This document shows positions 46,799 to 56,342 of a DNA stretch of 64,000 bases, in pieces; within the stretch, counting starts at the first letter, position 1, and each line of letters opens with the position of its first letter. A program made the translations under genes and the position numbers. The DNA is from Candidatus Gottesmanbacteria bacterium GW2011_GWC1_43_10 (GTDB lineage: Bacteria; Patescibacteriota; Microgenomatia; UBA10105): positions 15,470 to 79,469 of the forward strand of contig LCEX01000003.1 of NCBI GenBank assembly GCA_000995415.1, read 5' to 3'. The notes beneath the pieces were generated by a model, which saw only the letters and a list, made by a program, of their open reading frames with translations, made no database searches and was not told the DNA's origin.

Positions 46799-47947
46799 TT
46801 GAGCAATTTCAATACAAATAAAATCATGAGTAGAAGTTGGCAAAAAAAACCCACCGGTTTTCAATTTCCGAGCCTGATGGGCTATGACAAGCCGTTGTTA
46901 TTTGTACTTATTGGATTATTGCTTTATGGATTGGTAGCCGTGTTTAATTCTTCGATCGTGACCGCTTTTCGGGATTTTGGTAATCAGTATCACTTCCTTC
47001 GAGACCAGGCGATCTTTTTGAGTATTGGGTTGGTTTTGATGTTTAGCATATCCTTGATTGATTATCACATTTGGTACAAACTCGCGATTCCGCTTTTGTT
47101 TATCACTTTAATCTTGCTATTAAGCGTGTTTATTCCGGGAGTGGGAATCCACGTGTTGGGGGCCAAACGGTGGCTGAATATCGGTTTTTTTACCTTGCAA
47201 CCGACGGAATTTAGTAAACTAGTGCTGGTGATTTACCTTTCGGCTTGGTTTACTTACAAAGAACGGGGACGATTTTTACCGTTTTTGCTTTTATTGGGAC
47301 TCGTGATCGGACTCGTGATGTTGCAACCAGATTTGGGTACGACGGTAATCATTTCGAGTTTGGCAGTGGTGTTGTACTTCGTTTCCGGGATCCCCGTCAT
47401 CCATATATTAGTTTTGATTCCGATAGGTATCGTAGTTGTCGGGCTTTTGGCCATATCAGCACCTTACCGTTTTGCGCGCATTACTAGTTTTCTCAATCCC
47501 AATCAGGATCCGTTGGGAGCCTCATATCACGTGCGGCAGATTCTGATCGCTTTGGGTTCGGGAGGTTGGTTCGGAGTGGGATTGGGTAAGTCACGGCAGA
47601 AATACGCTTATTTGCCGGAAGCCAATACGGACTCGATTTTTGCTATAATCGCAGAAGAAACAGGATTTTTGGGCGCGGGGCTACTGATATTGGCCATGGC
47701 ATTTGTAGCATACCGGATATTTTATCTTGCCCGCCAAGCTCCGGATCGGTTTGGACAATTGCTGGCCTGCGGTATCGGTTCCTGGTTTGCGATTCAAACA
47801 CTCATCAATCTTGGGGCGATGGTCGTATTGTTGCCGCTTACGGGTGTACCTTTGCCCTTGATTTCTTATGGTGGATCGAACTTAATCAGTTTACTTATCG
47901 GATTTGGGATACTACTTAATATTGGACGTCAAAGTAAACACAAATAA
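46799..47947 (+). CDS. ftsW: SEDS-family peptidoglycan glycosyltransferase FtsW
   Basis: Multi-TM SEDS pattern (KRWLNIGFFTLQPTEFSKL, PEANTDSIFAIIAEE). Its position between mraY and murG fits FtsW. Confidence 0.85.
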   Translation: MSNFNTNKIMSRSWQKKPTGFQFPSLMGYDKPLLFVLIGLLLYGLVAVFNSSIVTAFRDFGNQYHFLRDQAIFLSIGLVLMFSISLIDYHIWYKLAIPLLFITLILLLSVFIPGVGIHVLGAKRWLNIGFFTLQPTEFSKLVLVIYLSAWFTYKERGRFLPFLLLLGLVIGLVMLQPDLGTTVIISSLAVVLYFVSGIPVIHILVLIPIGIVVVGLLAISAPYRFARITSFLNPNQDPLGASYHVRQILIALGSGGWFGVGLGKSRQKYAYLPEANTDSIFAIIAEETGFLGAGLLILAMAFVAYRIFYLARQAPDRFGQLLACGIGSWFAIQTLINLGAMVVLLPLTGVPLPLISYGGSNLISLLIGFGILLNIGRQSKHK

Positions 47948-47954
47948 TCAAATT

Positions 47955-49061
47955 ATGCGGAAAATTCTCATTACCGGTGGACATTTGACTCCGGCATTGG
48001 CAGAAATGAGCGAGCTTAAAAAACGTGAGTGGCAGATTTATTATATCGGCAGGAAAAACGCGCTTGAAGGAGACGCTGCCATTTCGCAAGAATACCGGAT
48101 CATCACGAGTCTGGGATACCCGTTTCAAGTGATCACTGCCGGACGGTGGCATAGAGATTTCAATCCGCTCAAAAGCCTATTTTCTCTATTTAAAATTCCG
48201 CTGGGGTTTTGGCAGGCTTTTGTTTATATCAAGAAACTTAATCCGCAAGCGATTTTATCGTTTGGCGGATATGTGGCTTTGCCGGTAGCCATATCAGGTT
48301 GGCTGTGGGGAATACCTGTTGTGACACATGAACAAACATTTGTGCCGGGACTTGCCAACCGAATAATTGGTTTTTTTTGTCGAAAAATTTGTGTTTCGTG
48401 GGCTAAAACACAAAAATATTTCCCACAAACCAAAACAGTCTTAACTGGGATTCCGTTACGGCCGGAGTTGTTTCAGGCTTCTCATAAGTTACCCATCACT
48501 CACGATAAACCGGTAATTTATATCACCGGCGGTAATTTAGGCGCACACAGTCTCAACCTGGTGGTGGCGGAGGCATTACCGCAATTGTTGGAGCATTACA
48601 CTGTGATTCATCAATGCGGCAATGCTCAAAAATACCGCGACTTTGAATATCTAGTTGAGAAACAAAAAACTTTAGTTCAACCACTTCGTGAGCGTTACTT
48701 CGTCTACGAATATATTGATTCTGCAAAAATCGGTTGGGTGTTTAAACACGCAGATTTGATCGTATCCCGGGCCGGAGCCAATGTCATTTGCGAAATCATT
48801 ACTCTTGGAAAACTCGCAATACTTGTGCCGTTACCGTGGTCAGGGGGAGGTGAACAAGAACAAAACGCGAAATATTTGACCGAAGCAAATGCCGCCAGGA
48901 TGCTTTTGCAGCCGCAATTGACAGTTACAAGGTTGTTAACTGAAATCATAGACACATTGGCTCATAAAGAAGAAATTTATGAAAACTTACAAAGTTTACG
49001 TAAAGCAATTGTTCCCGACGCTGCCGCAAAAATCGCTGACGTGATAGAATCAGTCATGTGA
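47955..49061 (+). CDS. murG: UDP-GlcNAc:undecaprenyl-PP-MurNAc-pentapeptide GlcNAc transferase MurG
   Basis: MRKILITGGHLTPALA N-terminus of the GT28 family, plus C-terminal G-loop GGGEQEQN. The ORF is open from 47904, overlapping the ftsW end. The ATG at 47955 is preferred. Confidence 0.85.
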   Translation: MRKILITGGHLTPALAEMSELKKREWQIYYIGRKNALEGDAAISQEYRIITSLGYPFQVITAGRWHRDFNPLKSLFSLFKIPLGFWQAFVYIKKLNPQAILSFGGYVALPVAISGWLWGIPVVTHEQTFVPGLANRIIGFFCRKICVSWAKTQKYFPQTKTVLTGIPLRPELFQASHKLPITHDKPVIYITGGNLGAHSLNLVVAEALPQLLEHYTVIHQCGNAQKYRDFEYLVEKQKTLVQPLRERYFVYEYIDSAKIGWVFKHADLIVSRAGANVICEIITLGKLAILVPLPWSGGGEQEQNAKYLTEANAARMLLQPQLTVTRLLTEIIDTLAHKEEIYENLQSLRKAIVPDAAAKIADVIESVM

Positions 49062-49807
49062 AACGGCGGTTCAAATTTATCCTCAATTTTATCTTGCCGG
49101 TTTTGACCATTTTGTTATTGTTCGTTGGCGGATATGTAGTCCTCACCGGGCCGTTTTTTAAAGTCAACACGATTTATATTGATGCTTACCCTGATATATT
49201 TTCCGATGTAAGTTTGTTTAAACAGCCACGCAATTTATTGTGGTTATCACTTCCCCAGCTTCAAGTTGATATTGGTAAGCGCTATCCGGCTGTTCTGACA
49301 GCTGATATCAAAAAAAATTACCCGCGCAGTTTATACATAAAAATCACTGAGCGCACGCCGGTGGTGATAGCAAATATTGAGCAAAAAATTTACTATTTTG
49401 CTGCTGATGGGATGGTACTACCAGAGCTTTCCAGATATAAAAACCAAAGTTATCCATTGATCGAATGCCAAATACTAAATCCAGCTCCGGGAAAAATAGT
49501 GCGGGAGGAGGCTGTTTTGGGAGCGTTTAAGATAGTTGCTGCTCTTACTGCCAACGGTTTTATCAAGCTAAATCAACTAAAATGTGTATCCGAAACTGAT
49601 TTTTCATTACTAGTTGATGGTGTCCGAGTAATTTTTTTGCCAAGGTCAGATGCTGGCAAGATCGTAGACTCTTTACAATTCTTGTTTAAACAGTTTAGAA
49701 TAGAAGGAAAGCGACCGGAGACTATCGACCTGCGGTTTGCTAAACCAATTTTAAATCCAGTTGAGGGAACTGGAGCTAGTCAGTCAACCGGATCTGGAAG
49801 CCGTTAA
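49058..49807 (+). CDS. ftsQ: cell division protein FtsQ/DivIB-like (POTRA)
   Basis: Short cytoplasmic tail, single TM (ILPVLTILLLFVGGYVVL), then a POTRA-like beta domain. It lies between murG and ftsA. Confidence 0.6.
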   Translation: MKRRFKFILNFILPVLTILLLFVGGYVVLTGPFFKVNTIYIDAYPDIFSDVSLFKQPRNLLWLSLPQLQVDIGKRYPAVLTADIKKNYPRSLYIKITERTPVVIANIEQKIYYFAADGMVLPELSRYKNQSYPLIECQILNPAPGKIVREEAVLGAFKIVAALTANGFIKLNQLKCVSETDFSLLVDGVRVIFLPRSDAGKIVDSLQFLFKQFRIEGKRPETIDLRFAKPILNPVEGTGASQSTGSGSR

Positions 49808-49840
49808 CTACACGCAAAAAGCAGACTGCGCACAAATTTT

Positions 49841-51133
49841 ATGCGAGATCGAATCGTAGCCGGAATTGATATCGGCACCACCAAAATCGTGACCATTATC
49901 GCCGCTCTTAAAGAAGACGCGCCACTTCATGTTTTGGGAGTCGCGACAGTCGAGAGTAAAGGCATCCGCAAAGGTTTGGTCGTAGATATAGAAGATGCGA
50001 TAGCTGCCATCTCACCCGCACTCGAAGGAGCGGAACGCATGGCTGGAACTTCGGTCACAAGTGCATTTGTGAGTATCGGTGGCAGTCACATCTCTTCCCA
50101 AAATTCACATGGTGTCGTGGCAGTAGCCGACCCCGAAAAAGAAATCACTGTCACTGACGTGCAAAGGGTGATTGACGCTGCCAAAGCCGTATCGCTACCT
50201 TCGTCACGGGAAATACTCCATGTTCTGCCGCGAGGATTTATAGTCGACGGCCAGGAAGGAATCGCCGATCCGGTAGGGATGACCGGCGTCAGGCTGGAAG
50301 TAGAGACGCATCTTGTGACAGGCGGATCAACCGGCATCAAAAATCTGCATAAATGCGTTGAAGAATTGGGAGTACATGTATCGGGAATGGTATTTGGTGG
50401 ACTAGCGTCAGCCCAAGCAGTGCTTTCGGATACGGAAAAAGAATTGGGCGTTACTTTGGTAGACATCGGTGGGGGGACTACGGATGTGGCCATTTATGTA
50501 GAAGGAGCATTATCTTATTCATCGGTGATCCCGATTGGCGCCAAAAATATCACAAGCGATTTGGCAGTCGGACTACGCGTATCTTTGGAAAGCTCAGAAA
50601 AAATCAAACTGCTGCTTTCCCAAAAGCATAAAATCCCGGCATTACCAGAAATGGAAGGCAGGCCGAAACAAAAGCTAGAAGATGAGATCGATTTAAGTAT
50701 GTTGAGTTTGCCTGAAGAACTGAAAAAAGTTTCCCGCAAAACTTTGATCGAGGGGATCATCAAACCCCGCTTAAACGAGATCTTCACCATGGTGGGACTG
50801 GAAATTAAAAAGAGCGGTTTCGGCGGAATGACGCCTTCTGGTGTCGTAGTTTGCGGCGGCGGAGCCGAGACAGTCGGGATCGCTGAAGCAGCCCGCAGAA
50901 ATTTAGCCATGCCAGTCAGAATCGGGATCCCCACCAATATTTCGGGATTAGTAGATGAGATCCTGACGCCAGCTTATGCGGCAAGTGTGGGATTGGTCCA
51001 GTATGGAGCCAAAATGTCACCCCAGACCGAATCGACATCACTACTAGGAAGTATGGGGAAGATCGGCGACAAGTTTCCGATCAAAGGCATATTCGGCAAA
51101 ATTTTAAACACTTTGAAACCTTTTTTGCCTTGA
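49841..51133 (+). CDS. ftsA: cell division protein FtsA
   Basis: Actin-fold motifs IVAGIDIGTTKIVTIIA and DIGGGTTDVAIY. Confidence 0.9.
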   Translation: MRDRIVAGIDIGTTKIVTIIAALKEDAPLHVLGVATVESKGIRKGLVVDIEDAIAAISPALEGAERMAGTSVTSAFVSIGGSHISSQNSHGVVAVADPEKEITVTDVQRVIDAAKAVSLPSSREILHVLPRGFIVDGQEGIADPVGMTGVRLEVETHLVTGGSTGIKNLHKCVEELGVHVSGMVFGGLASAQAVLSDTEKELGVTLVDIGGGTTDVAIYVEGALSYSSVIPIGAKNITSDLAVGLRVSLESSEKIKLLLSQKHKIPALPEMEGRPKQKLEDEIDLSMLSLPEELKKVSRKTLIEGIIKPRLNEIFTMVGLEIKKSGFGGMTPSGVVVCGGGAETVGIAEAARRNLAMPVRIGIPTNISGLVDEILTPAYAASVGLVQYGAKMSPQTESTSLLGSMGKIGDKFPIKGIFGKILNTLKPFLP

Positions 51134-51285
51134 GTTTACAGACTGATAAAAATAGTATATAAATAAATAAACTTCTGCCCCGGCTTTGCCAGCTTGAACA
51201 CCACTTAGTGCCGTGATACTATACGGCCTGCCTTGCCCACAAATGACTTTCGTTGATGACAAAAAGTTATCAATAAAATAAGTAT

Positions 51286-52431
51286 ATGTTGATAAAGCCT
51301 GACATTGCCCGTTTTGCCAAAATCAAAGTCGTCGGCATCGGTGGCGGCGGGTGCAATGCTTTAAATTCCATGATCTCCGTATCTCAAATCCAGGGCGTTG
51401 ATTTCATCGGTATAAATACTGATGCCCAGGCGCTTTTGACCAATCAATCTCCGACCAAGATCCAAATCGGCGAAAACCTGACTCGAGGCTTGGGATCTGG
51501 TGGTAACCCGGAAGTGGGCAAACAAGCTGCCGAAGAATCACGCGAAAAAATCAAGGAACATCTCATCGATTCGGACATGATCTTTTTGACTTGTGGTGAA
51601 GGTGGCGGGACGGGGACCGGAGCCAGTCCGATTGTAGCGGAAATAGCAAAGGAAGTTGGGGCGTTGACAGTGGCGGTCGTGACCAAACCGTTTACCTTTG
51701 AAGGAACCCGCCGGATGGTGCAGGCAGAGGATGGGATAGTCCAACTCAAAGAAAAGGTCGATACGCTCATCGTGATCCCGAATCAGCGGATCCTGGATGT
51801 GGTGGACAAAAAATTAACCCTGATTGAGGCATTTCGAGTAGCTGATAGCGTGTTGGGTCAGGGGGTGCAGGGAATTTCAGATCTGATCACTACACCGGGT
51901 TTGATTAACGTCGATTTTGCAGACGTACGTACCATCATGACCAATGCCGGTTCGGCTCTGATGGGGATCGGTACCGGCACCGGCCAAAACCGCGCCACAG
52001 CTGCCGCCCGGATGGCGATCGCTTCGCCACTTCTTGAGATTTCAGTTGAGGGAGCCAAAGGAGTATTATTTAATATCACCGGCGGTAAAGATATGACCAT
52101 GTCCGAGGTCGATGAGGCGGCCAAGATGATATCCGAGGCAGTTGATCCGGATGCCAATATCATTTTTGGCGCGACCATTGATGAAAATATGGTGGACCAG
52201 GTCAAGATCGCAGTGATCGCGACCGGTTTTGACGAGACACGCAAAACGTTGCGCGGACTGACGAGTCCGTTTGTTCAGGCGACGACCTCAACGACCAAAA
52301 CTGATGACACGCAGACCCAAAAACCCCAGGATGAAGAAACGCCCCCCTCCCAACCACCTCCGGTTTCCGACTTTCCCACAGAGGATGATGACAAATGGGA
52401 TATTCCGGCGTTTTTGAGACAGGGGAGATAG
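51286..52431 (+). CDS. ftsZ: cell division GTPase FtsZ
   Basis: [15 protein letters not shown], tubulin signature [17 protein letters not shown]. The acidic/Pro-rich C-terminal linker ends with the DIPAFLRQ peptide. Confidence 0.95.
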   Translation: MLIKPDIARFAKIKVVGIGGGGCNALNSMISVSQIQGVDFIGINTDAQALLTNQSPTKIQIGENLTRGLGSGGNPEVGKQAAEESREKIKEHLIDSDMIFLTCGEGGGTGTGASPIVAEIAKEVGALTVAVVTKPFTFEGTRRMVQAEDGIVQLKEKVDTLIVIPNQRILDVVDKKLTLIEAFRVADSVLGQGVQGISDLITTPGLINVDFADVRTIMTNAGSALMGIGTGTGQNRATAAARMAIASPLLEISVEGAKGVLFNITGGKDMTMSEVDEAAKMISEAVDPDANIIFGATIDENMVDQVKIAVIATGFDETRKTLRGLTSPFVQATTSTTKTDDTQTQKPQDEETPPSQPPPVSDFPTEDDDKWDIPAFLRQGR

Positions 52432-52437
52432 AATTTG

Positions 52438-52475
52438 CCCGGTGTGTCTAGCCACCCCACACCCGGTGTGGGTTA
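52438..52475 (+). repeat. family C element downstream of ftsZ (cccggtgtgtctagccaccccacacccggtgtgggttaa) with two mutually exclusive hairpins
   Basis: cccggtgtg (52438-52446) can pair with cacacccgg (52458-52466), which alternatively pairs with ccggtgtgg (52463-52471). A T-rich tract follows. There is a half copy at 52581-52602. Confidence 0.7.
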
Positions 52476-52628
52476 ATTTTTCTATTTACGATTTCCCGGA
52501 TCGTCAAATATGTAACGATCCAGGATCGTTAATCATTCATTTTCCCTGGTAAACTGCAACTTCAAAAACTCCGGCAATAACCCGCGTCGGGTGTGGGTTC
52601 AACTTATTTTTACAGTAGGGAAGGTAAC

Positions 52629-52940
52629 CTAGAGATAGGATGGATTAATCAAACCACCTGAAGGTGCAGCTCCCTTAACTTCTTTTTGAGCTATTGGACA
52701 TTCCGAAGTCGAAGAATTTGGATAAATACAAAAAGTTACTGATTCACCATCCCGTTCGGCAATTAAACAAACTGGTTTATTCTCAATTCCTGCGCCAGCA
52801 TAAACAGCTCCAGCTCTACCGTGAGTTTTATTAATTAATTTTCTCATTGCTTCTTGGGTTGTTCTGTATTCACAATAACTTGCTTGATCTGGTGTAGGCA
52901 TAATGAGGGCTATTTTACCTCTCTCTCTCAACATTGTCAA
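52629..52940 (-). CDS. hypothetical protein (minus-strand orphan, TTG start)
   Basis: 103-aa ORF. No confident family. It is divergent from the ileS T-box promoter. Confidence 0.35.
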   Translation of the reverse strand: MTMLRERGKIALIMPTPDQASYCEYRTTQEAMRKLINKTHGRAGAVYAGAGIENKPVCLIAERDGESVTFCIYPNSSTSECPIAQKEVKGAAPSGGLINPSYL

Positions 52941-52962
52941 ATTAAGTGGGTTTTGCTATACT
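52934..52962 (+). promoter_or_regulatory. sigma70-type promoter TTGTCA-17-TATACT for the ileS leader
   Basis: -35 at 52934-52939 and -10 at 52957-52962, seen directly. Confidence 0.5.
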
Positions 52963-52964
52963 TC

Positions 52965-53234
52965 AAAGTAGATAAAAGCGTTTGAGATTGGCTATCACCA
53001 ATCGATGCTGCTGGAAGAAATTAGAACGAGATTCTGTATTAAGTTCAGGATGGCGTCTTAAAGTAGATCCAGATGGGTAAGCCCGTAAAAGCTGAATTGA
53101 GAGTGGGCAGTTCACAGTGTGCAGTTTGCAGTAATTTTCTGCTAACTGCCTACTGCAGACTGCAAACTAAATTAAGGTGGTACCGCGGACATCCGTTCGC
53201 CCTTATAGTATAGTAGTAAGGGGAACGGTTTTTT
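52965..53234 (+). promoter_or_regulatory. T-box riboswitch (isoleucine-specific) with intrinsic terminator upstream of ileS
   Basis: T-box sequence aaattaAGGTGGtACCGCGG lies at 53168-53187 with a UGGU bulge matching an A73 discriminator. Candidate specifier ATC-A is at 52994-52997 in the hairpin gattggctatcaccaatc. The terminator ccgttcgccctta/taaggggaacgg (53194-53228) is followed by tttttt. Confidence 0.65.
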
Positions 53235-53289
53235 GATGGCTCGTTAATGAAGAAAAACGAAGTTTTGATGAATTTACGAGCCGATCAAT

Positions 53290-53371
53290 CCGCCTTTGGC
53301 GGATATAGCTCAAAATAGATTCCCGCTTTTCCGCCAGAGGCGGATCGGCCTTTGGCCGACGCGGGAATGAC
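53290..53371. repeat. composite of family B and family E palindromic units in the ileS leader (ccgcctttggcgg ... gattcccgc[ccgccagaggcgg][ggcctttggcc]gcgggaatgac)
   Basis: Seen directly. It is nested: B-type hairpins sit inside the family E 3' hairpin. It lies between the T-box terminator and the ileS start. Confidence 0.75.
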
Positions 53372-53408
53372 AAATTTCTTTTTCAGTGCTCAGTATGATT
53401 ATGAATAT

Positions 53409-56342
53409 ATGACGACGCTTAAACTTACCAACTTTCAACAAAAATACAATTTACCGGAGCTGGAGCATCGGGTTTTGGAGTTTTGGGATGAAACTCAGGC
53501 TTTTCAAAAATCCGTGGACACCCGCGACCCCCAAAAACCTTATGTCTTTTATGATGGTCCGCCGTTTGCGACCGGACTTCCCCATTACGGCCACATTTTA
53601 GCCTCAACCATCAAAGACGTGGTGCCTCGTTATTGGACCATGAAAGGCTTCAGAGTCAATCGCGTCTGGGGCTGGGATTGTCACGGGATTCCGATTGAAA
53701 ACATGATTGAGAAAGAATTGGATCTCAAAGGCGGCAAAAAAGGGATTGAAGAAATGGGGATTGATAAATTTAACGCTGCTTGTAGGGCGGCAATTCTTCG
53801 CTTTGATAAAGAGTGGGAAAAAGTGATCAGGCGCATCGGCCGCTGGGTCGATTTTAAAAATAGTTATAAAACCATGGACAAATCGTTTATGGAATCTGTC
53901 TGGTGGGCTTTCAAAACTTTGCACGACAAAGGTTTGGTTTATGAAGGCAAGCGGGTGATTTTGTATTGTCCGCGGTGTGCCACTCCGCTTTCAAACTTCG
54001 AAATCGCCATGGACAATAGTTACAAAGATGTTGAAGATAATTCTGTTTATGTGAAATTTCGGGTCAAAGGTAAAACGAATGAATATTTTGTAGCGTGGAC
54101 CACTACTCCCTGGACACTTATCGGTAATGTGGCTTTGGCCGTTGATGCCAAAGCTCAGTATGTCAAAGTGAAATCGGGAGATGAATATCTATGGATGGCT
54201 GAACGTCTTGTTAATGTCATCCTGAACAAAGTGAAGGATCTAGCGACCAAAGGGAGCGTTGACGCTTCGCTAGATTCTTCGGCTCCGCCTCAGAATGACA
54301 TGTTAATCCTCGAAACGGTTAAAGGAAGTGCGCTCGCTGGTAGAGAATATGAGCCTTTATATTCCTATATGCCACTTGATGGAAAAAAAGCCTACTACGT
54401 GGGAGCGGCTGATTTTGTGTCGCTTGAAGAAGGAACTGGTCTAGTGCATACGGCTGCAATCTTTGGAGAAGATGATTATCGTTTTGCCGTCCAGCACGAT
54501 TTACCACGCGTTCCGACGCTTGATGATCAGGGAAAATTTTTGGATTTTGTTACACCTCTTAAAGGTGTATTTTACAAAAAAGGAGAAAGTTGGATTGTTG
54601 ATGATTTAAGCAAAAGAGGATTGATGCTACGAGCTGAAAAAACGATTCACTCATACCCATTTTGCTATCGGTGTGAGACGCCGCTTTATTACAACGCTGT
54701 TCCGGCTTGGTTTATCAATGTCCAAAAAATCAAACCCGAACTTCTCAAACAAAATGAAAATATCAATTGGTATCCGAAGCATCTTAAACACGGCCGGTTT
54801 GGAAAGGGTTTGGAAACTGCACCGGATTGGAATATTTCCCGGTCTCGGTATTGGGGGACGCCGATGCCGGTCTGGCGAAGCCAAACAGTTCAAAGTTCAA
54901 AGTTAAAAGTTAAAAGTGAAGTAGGAAAAGATTTTAGAATAATTGGATCCTTGGAAGAATTAAAAAAGTGGGCAGTGGATCCACGACAAGTTGAAAAGTT
55001 AACTGATATTCACCGCGAATATTTAGATGATTTGGAAGTTTGGGTGGACGGGGCCAAAACCATCAAAGGCAAACGCGTCCCGGAGGTTTTTGACTGCTGG
55101 ATTGAATCCGGAAGTATGCCATATGCGTCGCTTCATTACCCATTTGCCAACGAACAAACATTTAAAAATAGTCATCCGGCCCAATTTATCGCCGAGTATA
55201 TCGCCCAAACCCGGGCTTGGTTTTATACTTTGCATGTCATGAGTGTGGGACTTTTTGACAAACATACATTTGAAAATGCCGTGACGACCGGGACGATTTT
55301 AGCCGAAGATGGTACCAAAATGAGTAAGTCGAAGAAAAATTTCCCCGACCCCACCTTGCTTTTTGAAAAATATGGCGTTGATGCTTTGCGTTTTTATTTG
55401 ATGTCGTCGGTCGTGATGAAGGGAGAGAATTTGAATTTTTCCGAGGCCCAAGTCAAAGAACTTTTTCAAAAAACAGTGCAACTATTGTGGAACACTTTTA
55501 GCTTTTATAAATTATACGCCCAAGATAATTATCAAATAAAAGCGCTTGATCAGCTTGAGATAACGCAAGTTTTGGATAAGTGGATAGTGAGCAAAACTCA
55601 TTCACTGATTAAATCAGTTTCTCAGGCCATGGATCATTACGACACGGTGACGAGTTGCCGAGCAATTTTGGAATTTATTAACGAATTATCTACTTGGTAT
55701 TTGCGCCGCTCGCGTGAACGTTTCAAAGAAAATCCAGCGGCGATGGAGGTGTTTGGCTGGGTACTTAAACAATTGGTTTTGGTGATGGCGCCGTTTACGC
55801 CGTTTATTTCAGAACTCATCTATCAAAATTTGTTGGCAGGAGAATCGGTACACCTCGGTTCTTGGCCAACTTGGGACGAGAATCATATTCACGAACAACT
55901 TGAAGAAAACATGACACTTGTCAGACAGATTGTGGAAAAAGCTCATGCTCAGAGAAAAGCAGCGCAAATTAAAGTCAGACAACCATTATCTGAATTACGA
56001 ATTACGAATTACGAATTACGAATTGAAAATGAGTTATTGGAAATAATAAAGGAAGAAGTAAATGTTAAGAAAATATTAGTTGTGCAAGGAAAAGGTGAAC
56101 TTGAGGTTACACTTGATACAGAATTGACAGATGAGCTAAAGATTGAAGGAAAAGCCAGGGAACTCATCCGCCTGATCCAGGATTTGCGCAAAGAAAAAGG
56201 CTTAGGAGTCAGTGAGAAAGTCAAAATACAACTTACAAAAACCTATGCAGATTTACCTCAAGATTTACTAGCAGACGTCAAACGCAAAACTCTGGTAGAA
56301 TCTGTGGTATGGGGCGACAAACTCGAACTTTTGCCTGGTTAG
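53409..56342 (+). CDS. ileS: isoleucine--tRNA ligase (type 2 IleRS)
   Basis: PPFATGLPHYGH (HIGH), WDCHGIPIE, WNISRSRYWGTPMPVW, KMSKS. The ORF is open from 53352 but those codons are repeat sequence. Met at 53409 (MTTLKLTNFQQKYNLPE) is preferred. Confidence 0.9.
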   Translation: MTTLKLTNFQQKYNLPELEHRVLEFWDETQAFQKSVDTRDPQKPYVFYDGPPFATGLPHYGHILASTIKDVVPRYWTMKGFRVNRVWGWDCHGIPIENMIEKELDLKGGKKGIEEMGIDKFNAACRAAILRFDKEWEKVIRRIGRWVDFKNSYKTMDKSFMESVWWAFKTLHDKGLVYEGKRVILYCPRCATPLSNFEIAMDNSYKDVEDNSVYVKFRVKGKTNEYFVAWTTTPWTLIGNVALAVDAKAQYVKVKSGDEYLWMAERLVNVILNKVKDLATKGSVDASLDSSAPPQNDMLILETVKGSALAGREYEPLYSYMPLDGKKAYYVGAADFVSLEEGTGLVHTAAIFGEDDYRFAVQHDLPRVPTLDDQGKFLDFVTPLKGVFYKKGESWIVDDLSKRGLMLRAEKTIHSYPFCYRCETPLYYNAVPAWFINVQKIKPELLKQNENINWYPKHLKHGRFGKGLETAPDWNISRSRYWGTPMPVWRSQTVQSSKLKVKSEVGKDFRIIGSLEELKKWAVDPRQVEKLTDIHREYLDDLEVWVDGAKTIKGKRVPEVFDCWIESGSMPYASLHYPFANEQTFKNSHPAQFIAEYIAQTRAWFYTLHVMSVGLFDKHTFENAVTTGTILAEDGTKMSKSKKNFPDPTLLFEKYGVDALRFYLMSSVVMKGENLNFSEAQVKELFQKTVQLLWNTFSFYKLYAQDNYQIKALDQLEITQVLDKWIVSKTHSLIKSVSQAMDHYDTVTSCRAILEFINELSTWYLRRSRERFKENPAAMEVFGWVLKQLVLVMAPFTPFISELIYQNLLAGESVHLGSWPTWDENHIHEQLEENMTLVRQIVEKAHAQRKAAQIKVRQPLSELRITNYELRIENELLEIIKEEVNVKKILVVQGKGELEVTLDTELTDELKIEGKARELIRLIQDLRKEKGLGVSEKVKIQLTKTYADLPQDLLADVKRKTLVESVVWGDKLELLPG
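54898..54932 (+). repeat. heptanucleotide tandem repeat inside ileS (gttcaaa gttcaaa gttaaaa gttaaaa gtgaagt)
   Basis: Seen directly. It encodes QSSKLKVKSEV, immediately after the WGTPMPVW motif. Confidence 0.9.
55993..56027 (+). repeat. heptanucleotide tandem repeat inside ileS ((gaattac)x4 + gaattga)
   Basis: Seen directly. It encodes ELRITNYELRIEN in the C-terminal region. Confidence 0.9.
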
